Assembly: GCA_964252035.1 (NCBI GenBank)
Contig: OZ176201.1
DNA length: 64,000 bases
Direction: 5' to 3' (one strand)
DNA from: Podarcis erhardii
Taxonomy: Eukaryota
The position numbers were made by a program, and so were the translations under genes. This document shows, in pieces, positions 1 through 9,210 of this stretch. Position 1 is the first letter of the stretch, and each line of letters opens with the position of its first letter. The notes below the pieces were generated by a model. It was not told the origin of the DNA. It ran no database searches and saw nothing but the letters and a program-made list of their open reading frames with translations.

Positions 1-10
1 CCCACCTCCC

Positions 11-33
11 GCCTGCCTGCCTGCCTGCCTGCC
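11..33 (+). repeat. (GCCT)5 tetranucleotide microsatellite
   Basis: gcctgcctgcctgcctgcctgcc read directly. Confidence 0.95.
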
Positions 34-432
34 GCAGCGGCGCCAGTCCTCCTGCCTCCCGGAGGGAGAGAGAGAGGAAGACGCCTGCCTCTCCACCCTC
101 ACCGCCTCCGGCTGTGGCTTCACGGAACACCCGCCCCCCTCCGCACTGAAATAATTAAAGAGAAAAAGAAGAAGAAGAAGGAAAAAAACCCCAGCGAGGA
201 AGAAGAGCCTTGACGCCGGAGCTGTGCGATCTTTGCGGGAGCGGACACCATTTTGTGGCTAGCGGCTGCCTGACTTGCTGCATGCGGAGGAGAGGTGGGC
301 AGCCAAAAGAGGAACCTGTTGGGCGCCGCGATCGGGAAGTCGCCCAGCTGCGGCACTTCTTCGCCCTGGAATTGGGGGTTGCAGCAGCGTCCCTGGGAAT
401 CGGATCGTGCGCGGCAGCGGCAGCCTTGGGAA

Positions 433-456
433 GAGGAGGAGGAGGAGGAGGAGGAG
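433..456 (+). repeat. (GAG)8 trinucleotide repeat
   Basis: Eight GAG units read directly. Confidence 0.95.
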
Positions 457-473
457 GGAATTCGGAGGTTTTG

Positions 474-497
474 CAGCAGCAGCAGCAGCAGCAGCAA
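474..497 (+). repeat. (CAG)7CAA repeat, followed by an interrupted CAG-rich tail to ~526
   Basis: CAG x7 at 474-494, then CAA CTG CAG CGT CGG CAA CAG CAG CAG. Confidence 0.97.
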
Positions 498-664
498 CTG
501 CAGCGTCGGCAACAGCAGCAGGCAGCGAAGGGAAATTGGACCTTGCGCATCCCCATTCCTGGGTGGAGGCGAAGGAGATTTGCACCTTTGCGTCAACGGC
601 ACGAAGAGAAAGGCATTTGGACCTTTGCAACAGCAGCGTCCCTGGCAGGAGGAGGAGGTGAAAG

Positions 665-683
665 CTTGCTTGCATATATATAG

Positions 684-724
<41 letters not shown>

Positions 725-757
725 TTGCATACATATAGATTACACACACACACACAC
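665..757 (+). repeat. Duplicated unit: 22-nt head plus (AC)17, then 22-nt head plus (AC)8
   Basis: cttgcttgcata(t/c)atatagatt at 665-686 and 720-741, each followed by an AC tract. Confidence 0.95.
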
Positions 758-790
758 GTACATATTTTCCCCCCCTTGCAGGGCAGGAGC

Positions 791-832
791 ATGTTGGTCT
801 CGACGCAGCTCCCCTTCCCTCCTGTCCACTGA
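791..832 (+). other. uORF1 (MLVSTQLPFPPVH*)
   Basis: ATG at 791 and TGA at 830-832, inside the putative 5'UTR. Translation is not demonstrated. Confidence 0.6.
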
Positions 833-851
833 TCCCAGGCTTGGTGGGGCG

Positions 852-923
852 ATGATGGATACTTGCCTGCTTGTTCTCACTTCCCACAAAAGTAAGCCCG
901 CTGTCAATGGAGGAGGACATTGA
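852..923 (+). other. Overlapping uORF2 ([23 protein letters not shown]), out of frame and spanning the main ATG
   Basis: ATGATG at 852-857 and TGA at 921-923. The main ATG at 907 is in a different frame. Confidence 0.6.
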
Positions 924-976
924 TACCCGCAAGATAAACAACAGTTTCCTGCGCGATCACAGCTATGCAACAGAAG
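907..976 (+). CDS. PPP2R2B: PP2A 55 kDa regulatory subunit B beta (B-beta1), first coding exon (partial CDS, phase-1 end)
   Basis: Translates to [23 protein letters not shown]+G, matching the N-terminus of vertebrate PPP2R2B B-beta1 as I recall it. It ends at a canonical GT donor. Confidence 0.96.
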
Positions 977-2289
977 GTAATGGATGGCCCAGCCGGTTAG
1001 GGGTGGGGGGGGGAAGGAAATAAAAAGTAAATAAATAATGGGGTGGGTGAAGAAGAGAGAGAGGCAGTCCACTGCGGGGAGGCTCCTTGCCAAAGCGCAG
1101 CTCCGAGTCGGCAGCACAACGGCGCTGCGCTTGGCCACAAGATCGGAGCTAGCGGGGCAATCGCGGGGAACTGGTGGCATGGTTGGTTGGGTTGGCAGCT
1201 GCGCGGGCAAGACGCGCCATAGGGCGCCGGTGCCTGGCAAGCTGGGGCCCCGAGCAGCAGGTGGATCAGGTCGGAAGGTCCCTCGAGCACTGGTCGAGGG
1301 CGCCCGGTTCATTGGGGCCCTGATCGCACCTCGACGTGTCAGCAGCCTGGCGGGCTGCTCTCCCCAGGTGTCTGCAGCCTCCCCTTGCACCCGGCGTTTG
1401 CGCGCTCTCTCGGCCGCTACCTCTTAATGCTCAGGGCAGTGTAAATTAATGACTGGTTGCTTGCAAGGCAGGAAGGAATTGGGCCGGTTCACTTTGCTGG
1501 GGTGCTGCGTTACCCAAGCTCGGCAATGCAACGATTCAGCGCCAGGGAGGGTGGGGGTAAACCCTGGATGTATCACGATGACGACAGACCCAAGCTGTTT
1601 CCCGAGGAAAGGGCCAGGGAGCTGTAAGGCAGGTGTCGACATGCTTACGGGAAACGAATGCAATGGTAGGTAGCCGTGCTGCAGAGTCGATTCTGCTGAA
1701 TCAACTGGGAGTGGAAAGGAAAAGGGGGTTAAAACAGAGAGGTGTTGTGGATGAAGGAAAAGAAATGGCTTCTCTGGGCCTGGTTTTCTCACTGATAATG
1801 GGTCCTTGTCTTGTGGTCTCCCCCCCATCCCCCCTTTCAATTCATCAGAGGCTTCAGTGAGCCACTACCGAAGATATTGAGCTTTGGCTCTGAAGAGAAA
1901 ATGGAGAAACAGGATGGTGGGGAGGGAGGGCAAAACAAGGATTTACCTGAAAGAGGTGGCATGGGGGGGGGAGGGTGGAATCTAAACTTGGCTCGCCTGT
2001 GATTTACTTAATCTGCAAATAAATCCCAGGAAGGATGGTGGTAGCTGCATGTGGCTCTGACTTGCTCCTGTAGTTCTGTTCCCAAGTATGTGAGCCCCCC
2101 CACTGGGCCGTGCAGTGGGGATGGTGGAAATAGGAAATGGGGTCTTGTGTTTGAAATAGGCGTTGGTATTCTTGGGGTTTGGCCCCAATCTTTAGGTTGG
2201 CAGTGATTTTTTCACTTTCAAGGCAAGAAGGTGGATGGAGGGCGGAAATTGGGTACCACAATACCTCCCAAATGTGTTTAAGGTTTAGG

Positions 2290-2456
2290 ATTGATTGTTA
2301 AATCCTCTGGGAATTGTAGCTTTGTGAGGGGAATAGAGGTCTCCCAAGAGCTCTCAGTGCCCTTAACAGAATATAGTTCCCAGCATTCTTTGGGGGAGGT
2401 CATGAGTGTTTAAAGTGGTGTGATACTGCTTTAAATGTATAGTGCAAATGGGGCCT
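2290..2456 (-). mobile_element. Squamate interspersed repeat fragment, unclassified (possibly MITE)
   Basis: Shares sequence with 19141-19176 in the opposite orientation (ccccaaagaat.ctgggaa....gttaagg) and ends in atgtatagtgcaaatggggcc. Confidence 0.6.
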
Positions 2457-2554
2457 TGGTTGGAAACAACTCTGTTTCCATTTAGACAGTGGAAGTAGCC
2501 AGAGCAGGCCAAGATATGCAGAAGGCTACAATAATGTGTGTGAATAATAGGTTG

Positions 2555-2630
2555 GGGCTGCAGTTGGTACCTGGGAGTAAGTCCCATTGAACTCACCGAG
2601 ACTTACTTCTGAGTAGATGAGTTTAGGATT
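2555..2630. mobile_element. Short palindromic squamate repeat (gagtaagtcccattgaa...gacttacttctgagtag family)
   Basis: Imperfect inverted repeat. The same family appears at 36955-37389. Confidence 0.55.
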
Positions 2631-4750
2631 TGACTTTTCCTGTACTTTACAAATGATTGCTTTAAAAAACAAGTTTTATTGCTAAAACTGGGTCGTGATT
2701 GAAGCCTTCTATTGGATGAAATAGGGAAAGGTTCTGCTGTTCTCTTGGAGGCAGTTTATGTAAGTTAATCAAAAAGATCCATTTAATCCTTTGTGGTAAA
2801 TTAGGCAGTACTCAAATGTGTGGCTGTCTTAACTGTCATAACTTCAATGCCTTCTAAGCCACCTCCTCAGGCTATTACTTGACTGATTCTCCCAAGGGTT
2901 GCCCCGCTAGAACTTCCCTAGGAATCTGATCACTGATTTTAGCAATAATTTAAAATCTGAATAATTCTGAATACATCTACTTATATAAAAATGGCTGTTA
3001 AAGAGATAACCTATTGCCAGGAAATTTTTAGGTGTTTGTATATTAGTTAACTTAAGTATGAGTGTCTGCCTCTTACTCATGTAGAACAAAGCAACACTTT
3101 GATATTTTTGAGCAAAATGGAGAATGGAAAAAGATCCAAGGAATTTGGTATTTTTCTTCCCCACACAGAAAAACTATGAGTAAGACATTCCATTGCAGCC
3201 TTTATGCTGGCTGTTCTAAGTAGGAAGAATTGGATTTTCAAGTGAAGATGGTATTGTATTAACAGAAGGGGGGGATATGGTATTCCCCCCCCCAGTAACC
3301 TGTTGCTAGTTGGAAACGACATAGGGTTGTCTTTTAAGGCATGCCTTGAATCCCATACTTCTGTGTAGAGCAAATAATGTATAGGCCATCATCATCAATA
3401 GGCAATAGTTCAAATAATTCCTTAAGCAGCTCCACCCATTTTCAGTGCAAGCCCTGTAAACACTATTAGCCAATTCACAAATAACACTTAAGCCAAACCA
3501 TGGCTTAGCTTGAATGAGCAAAACATGTGGATTCCTGGAGAGAAGGTTGAGACCTCCAGGCCTGCTACAGTGAGGCAAGTCAGAGTTTGGCTTAGTGTTA
3601 TGTCCAAACCTGGGCTCATGGTTTATCTCACTCCTGATAAGCCTCAATCTATAGCCAGTGCTTGTTTTTTTTTATGGCCCTCCACATGCATTTTGTATGA
3701 GGCAGTTAAACCACAAACCTTGGTTTGGATGAAATGCTATGCCCAACCATGACTTAGTTTACAGCTGTGTGTCAGCAGCAGGAAGACTGGCGGAGGAGCA
3801 AGGTGGCCATGATCTTTTATCTCAGAGCTGCTCATTTGTGCTAAGCCATGGTTTGGCTTAACATGATTGCAAACTGGGCCTGTGTGATACAGTTACATTG
3901 CTGCCACAGTATAGGTCTCGTGTGTGTGTGTATATATGGCAATCCGCTTTTTAGAGGAAAGGAATCATTCTCGAATCCTGCTTGTGTGTTTCCCTTAGAC
4001 ATCTGGTTGACCTATCACAGTGAGAACAGGATGTTGGACTAGATGGGCCATTGGCACGATCCACCAAGCTCTGCTTATGTTATTATGTTCTTTATAGGTC
4101 TCTCCGAAGCTAGTCTATCTCAATTGTATGTAACAGATATTGCTTCAATCCCTTGTGGATCATATCTCACTTCCCTTTTCGGTTTGCTTCAGGCAATGTT
4201 TGGCATTAATGAACACAGAGGGCTGTTGAATATAATACATCTACCATGTGGAATGTTAAATCTCTCTCATAATCTCTATATCCAGGATCTCTCATACTAT
4301 GGGGCAAAAAAATAATAAAAATGCTTCATTGATGGAAAGTGTAGGAAGAGAGGTAGTTTCCAGCCTCATCTACTGTATCCAATTATTTGTTTCATCCCCC
4401 CTCAAGTGTCTTCCATTTAAAACAAACTAAGAAAAAACCCAATGTAGATTGATTCAGTACCATTATGGATACATTTGCTGCTTGGACACTCTCTGGGCCT
4501 GCTGCCCAGTTGTTTGTTTGAAACAACTGGATGAGATCTTTGAGTGTTTTATAACAGATATCATTGCTTGTCCTTCTGCCTGCTACTTAATTCTTGTGCA
4601 ATATAGGGAAAGTCCTGTTACACACTTTGCCATGAGGAATCTTCTCTCCTGATTTCAAGCATATGAGAGCACCTCATAGATCCATAGATGGGGTAGAGGG
4701 TTCCAGTGGAACTTTGAAGTGCATTTTGTCCTATCTTGCTAGCGTGCGCG

Positions 4751-4758
4751 CTCTCTCA

Positions 4759-4807
<49 letters not shown>

Positions 4808-4810
4808 ACA
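4751..4810 (+). repeat. Compound (CT)n(CA)n microsatellite
   Basis: Read directly. Confidence 0.95.
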
Positions 4811-5842
4811 GCTTTTCAGGCAAAATGGAACCAAGGTGCTTGGTTTTGAACCAAGGTGCTTACGAGGGAGCATGAAATGGAGGAACCACGTAGACTTCCC
4901 CTTGTCTAGAGTTTCATTCTCTTAGCTTGCACTGCCTCGTGTATTCTGCACTTAGCTGATCAAACATTAAAATACGTAGCTTAATCATCTAGCTTAATCG
5001 TGTTTTTTCTAGAATATAATTGGTAAAGCATTAACAAAGCATACGCTACATAAATGTGGTGTTGACCATGTCCCAATGCTGCCTAGACAGATCTGGTCAG
5101 TCTTTAATACTTGTTTTTGTAAAGGAGCATCCTCCTTTCCCTCCTATTCCTAGGAGGACTGCTCTTTAATTTGGGGTCCCTTTGTGACAAATCCAAGGGA
5201 CTGTGGCCCTCCCATGTGCCGAGCTGTTTGGCTTTCAGTAATCTGCTTGTGCCTAACGGGGAAGTCTGAGTCAGCTGGGATTCCGCCCCCCTCCCCCCAA
5301 TGAGAGCCTGACTCAAAAGTGCTTTCTGGAGCAGGGAACCTCTGCTGATGCCCTGGGAAAGGTGGAACTGCAGGCAGTGCTGTGCTGTTCGATGTAAGAA
5401 TTCCCAACTGCAATAAAATTGGATTTCTCCCTGTCCCTAAAAAAATAAAACAAAAATGAGCACGAATTGTTGGAGCTGGCATCCAGGTTTGGAAACAAAT
5501 ACAAACCAAGTACTCCTTCCCTGAAGGTTTTTGCATGTTTTGGGGCCTCTCAGAAATCATGTTCCTGCCTGTGTGTGAATGCCAAGAAATCATATGAAAC
5601 AATAAACCTTTTTTCTTCCATTCAACTCCCAAGCAGCTGTCCAGAATAAGCATCTCAAATTAACCTGCCCAATCATTCTGGCAGAGACTTGCAGAATAAG
5701 TAGCACACTGAGTCACTTGGCGAATTAGCAGTAAATTGAGGAGTGAGGGTATCATGGAAGCAATTCTGCGTGTAGCTGGCATCTTTGGGAGAAAGACCTA
5801 TTAAGAGTCTAGTCTGGAGTAAATTGAATTTTATTGAAGCAA

Positions 5843-5854
5843 CCACTAGGTGGC
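5843..5854 (+). promoter_or_regulatory. Candidate CTCF site
   Basis: CCACTAGGTGGC matches the CTCF core. Motif match only. Confidence 0.45.
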
Positions 5855-6307
5855 CCTCCTAGAGGAAGCTAATCTCTGCCAATATAATACTTCTATTTTA
5901 TTTGGGAGAGGGGGCAGATTCAGACCATATAATCCAAATAAAGCACCTTAGCTGTTGTTGCAGTGATTCTTCTAGCGTATTTATCAATAGATACTGTTCC
6001 ACATCTGCTGCTGTTGCTGTTGTTGTTTTTTAAAACACCACAACACAAATTGTCTCCAAAGATAGGATTGATGATGAGAAATCTTGTTTAGAAATAAATA
6101 AATAAATAAATGGGATGGGTTGAGATATTGTTTCTACAACAGGAGTAGTGGTTTGGGATAATTCATAGGTAGCACATGTGAAAACTGTTATGTTGGATTG
6201 AGCAGGCCATGTGGCCTTTTCAGTAAGCACCTATGAACAGACCTTTCCAAACAGAAAAATGCTGTATTGAAATCAGCCTGTAGTGTTGCTTCTTTAATTG
6301 ATTATCA

Positions 6308-6592
6308 CATTTATATCCTACCTTTCCTCCAAGGAGTTCCAGGTGGTATATATACAGATGGATGGCCATCTATCATGGATGCTTTAGTTGAGATTCCTGC
6401 ATTGCAGGGGTCCCTTCCACCTCTACAATCCTATGATTCTATTATTCCATTCCTGCGCTTTTAACCACACAACAACCCTGTGATCTAGATTAGGCTGAAA
6501 AATGATGACCGGACAGGGTGAGGGAGCATCATGGCTGAATGTAGATTTGCACCCAGGCCCTAGTTGAGCATTCCAACCGCTACACCAAACTG
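6308..6592 (-). mobile_element. MIR/CORE-like squamate SINE, interrupted by a CR1 tail at 6355-6441
   Basis: ttatatcctacctttcctccaaggag before the insert and cacaacaaccctgtga...taggctga...atggctga...ccaaccgctacacc after it. Related copies lie at 39600-39700 and 52745-52865. Confidence 0.6.
6355..6441 (+). mobile_element. CR1 LINE 3' end fragment
   Basis: gagattcctgcattgcagggg...ctctacaatcctatgattcta is the same tail as the CR1 at 10010-10571. Confidence 0.75.
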
Positions 6593-7119
6593 TCTATACA
6601 GTGGGATTCTCCACTTAACTCTATCCTGGTGTGCATTCCAGCCTCTTTTATTTGTGCCCTTATAAATGTGGTGTAATTCAGTTAGATGTCCCTTTGGGTT
6701 GTGGTATTTTGAGTGAGTGTTGGGGCTCAGCAAACTTAAGTCTATTCCTTAGTCATGCCCCTCAAATAATATGTTATGGAATGGCTTAATATTGCACTAA
6801 GGTTATCATGCTAATGGGAGACACACACAAAGATTTGCATGGTTTATTTATATCCTTATTTGGAGATGCTAATGAATTATTAAAGATGCAGGGTAATCTA
6901 CCTCGGTGAAAGGAATTTTGACCCCCCCCCCCATATTCCATGATGGGACTGTTTTCCCTAAATTTCATTTTGAGCAAATCTCCTGCCAACAAACCCACTT
7001 TTAACAGATTTATCTCTGCCTTGTTTTGCAATCTGTTTCAAAGCCTAATCTTTGCTTTTCTTGTACTTAATCCTACCATTCCCTTCTCAGGCCTTCATTT
7101 TCTCATCTTAATGTCTCCT

Positions 7120-7335
7120 GTTCCTTTCTTTATAATTTTCTTTATAGTTTTCATTTGTATACATTTCAATAATTTTACAAAAATTATAACATTTCAAACA
7201 GTTTGACTTCCTTCCTCCTCTTTCTGGGATTCCTTAAATTTGATTTATCATTTCCTGCACATTCTAAATCAACTTAATTTGTGCTTTTAGTTATTTATGT
7301 TAATTCTATATTCTTTTTAAAACTGCAGGTTATAT
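7120..7335 (-). mobile_element. Possible L1-type 3'UTR fragment
   Basis: A-rich on the minus strand and resembles lizard L1 3' ends from memory. No coding match. Confidence 0.35.
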
Positions 7336-8243
7336 CTGTACTATTCCTGAGCTATCTGAGCTCAGTGTTCTAGCTTTGCCCAGAAAGCTTTCATAAAAAA
7401 AATATATTTCCCTCCTTTCTGCACCTGCTTCTACCATCAGATGCCTGGGGCAACCTTTGAAACATGAACTTGGAACTTGTCTCACATGGATGGTCACTCA
7501 AGGAATCCTTAACCTTTCAGAAGCACCGTCTTTCCCTCATGTATTGTAAAGGGCAGCTTCCTGTGCTTGAGAACAAAAGTAGCCTACAAGTCATCAGTGC
7601 AGTGAGAGCCAACCTGTCTTGTCTGTGGCAGGTTCTGGGTGTTACATTTGTGTTATGCATACTCCCCTGACTGTACTGGCCATTGATTCAATTTCCTTAC
7701 CTTGCATCTATTGCTGCTGGCAGGCATTTGAGGATCTTCTGTAGAAAGCAAACGAATGCATTTTTCCTTACACTGACAGAATTTTAAAAAGATTAACTTT
7801 GCTTTAAGGGGTTGGATTTTGCTGTGCTGGAAACTTTAAAAGCTTTCTTACTGACTTGAGCTGACTTGAGAAATAGCTCTCTGAATTCCTTCCTTTTAAA
7901 GAGAGCTGGTGCCCTCTGCAAAATCTTACATTAACTTTCTCATTTTCACACGTTTTGAAATTGAAGAACAGAAATGGTGCGCCTGAAGTTTCCAAAATAA
8001 TTACATAAATCAAAAGAGCCATTTCCATTTTAATCTCCCCCACTTCTGCCTGAAGATTATGTCTGTGAATCTTGCAGCTTGTGCATTCTCAGATAGCAGA
8101 GATGCACTCTTATTTCATGTATTTGCCAGTCCCAGATAAGCCCAGGGCTGTGTGTATTCTGTAGTCCTGTGACATATTAGTTATTGGTTTGAGAATTCAA
8201 CATCCTAGAAATTTTAGGGTTTGTTTTTTTAGTTAAAAAGAAA

Positions 8244-8386
8244 TGTGAGATAGCTCAGTTGGCAGAGCATGAGACTCTTAATCTCAGAGTCATGGCTTTG
8301 AGTCCCATGTTAAGCAAAAGATTCCTGCATTGCAGGGGGTGGACTAGATGACCCTCGAGGTCCCTTCCAACGCTACGATTCTATGA
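8244..8386 (+). mobile_element. SINE with tRNA-Lys(CTT)-derived head and CR1 3' tail
   Basis: tagctcagttggcagagcatgagactCTTaatctcagagtcatgg resembles tRNA-Lys-CTT. It is followed by attcctgcattgcagggggt...cccttccaac.ctacgattctatga. Confidence 0.85.
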
Positions 8387-9045
8387 AATCATTTCTTGAC
8401 CTTATGGCTGCAAAGGTAGTTCTGACTAATTTGCAGTCAATGGGGCAACAGTTGATAGCTATGCAGGGCTTCCAGTGATTAGGGACTAGCAGTTCACTGC
8501 CCTTTGGAAGTGAACCACACCAATTTCAGTGGCTTTGACTTCCAAGTTAGATCTTTGTGGAGCTGCTCTTGAAGAATATTGCCATCTGGGAGCCAGTGCA
8601 GAATATGAGATTACCTGTCTCATACTGGTGTGAGCTGTGGATGGGATACTGCACTTGTTCTAGCATTAGCAGCAAGTTAAGAGCACAAGAATGACTCAAG
8701 GTTCTGGTTTTGACTTTTAAAGTTGTATAACAATCCCTGTGTATTTTGGGGACCACCTCCTCCCATGTGTTTGTTGAGATCAGCAGGTGATAATTTGCTT
8801 TGTGTATTTCATTCATTGGAAGTTAGATTAATGGATGCATGTGGTGGGACAGGACTGTTGGGTGATAGCAGAAATGTGTTTTTATAAGGATTGTAAATCT
8901 CTTTCTGTGGTGGAGGAGGCTGGGAGGCTTTTGAAGTTTTAAAAAAGATTAATTGTGAGGATTATGTCAAGTACACCCCCATTTTTTATTTGGTCTCTTT
9001 TAGTAGACTTCAGTTTTTAAAAGGAAATTGGTTCATCTCTAAAAT

Positions 9046-9210
9046 GGCACTAGCATCGTGGGTAAAAGCACAAGCTATGAACTGGAATTCCCTAGTTCTG
9101 ATTTCTATTCAGAATTAACTTAAGGGGTAGCTTAGGCAAAACATGGCCTCTGCTCCCTATTTGTAACGAAATAATATCAATAGTGTTTTAAGGATTATTG
9201 AGTCAACATA
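9046..9210 (+). mobile_element. Degenerate MIR-like SINE
   Basis: Decayed tRNA-like head plus ctatttgtaa...aataata...aggattattgag core-like tail. Confidence 0.4.

Larger units (their letters stand above)
1..657 (+). other. PPP2R2B: Putative upstream 5'-leader exon of PPP2R2B (5' end unknown, donor at 658)
   Basis: GAG|GTGAAA donor at 657/658, followed by a 124-nt repeat-filled segment ending in a clean acceptor. The layout resembles the human gene as I recall it. No transcript evidence is available. Confidence 0.5.
782..976 (+). other. PPP2R2B: PPP2R2B exon: 125 nt 5'UTR plus 70 nt CDS
   Basis: Acceptor ttttcccccccttgcag| at 781/782 and donor GAAG|gtaatg at 976/977. Confidence 0.8.
1..1420. 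promoter_or_regulatory. CpG island / promoter and 5' leader region of PPP2R2B
   Basis: Visibly GC- and CpG-rich against the CpG-depleted remainder. It surrounds the first coding exon. Boundaries are approximate and the TSS is not determinable. Confidence 0.85.

Noticed and set aside
120-1427. Long ORFs of 97-273 aa in the CpG island called as genes
   Set aside because: They are low-complexity products of GC-rich sequence and microsatellites, many start at non-ATG codons, and none resembles a protein I recognise. They are kept only as regulatory hypotheses.
3729-3752. ATGAAATGC (MKC...), like the start of the mitochondrial B-beta2 exon (MKCFSRYL...)
   Set aside because: It continues YAQP* with no further similarity and no phase-1 donor.
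8244-8316. tRNA-Lys gene
   Set aside because: The acceptor and T arms are mutated and it is fused to a CR1 tail, so it is a SINE head. The same applies to the Ile-like and Ala-like heads.
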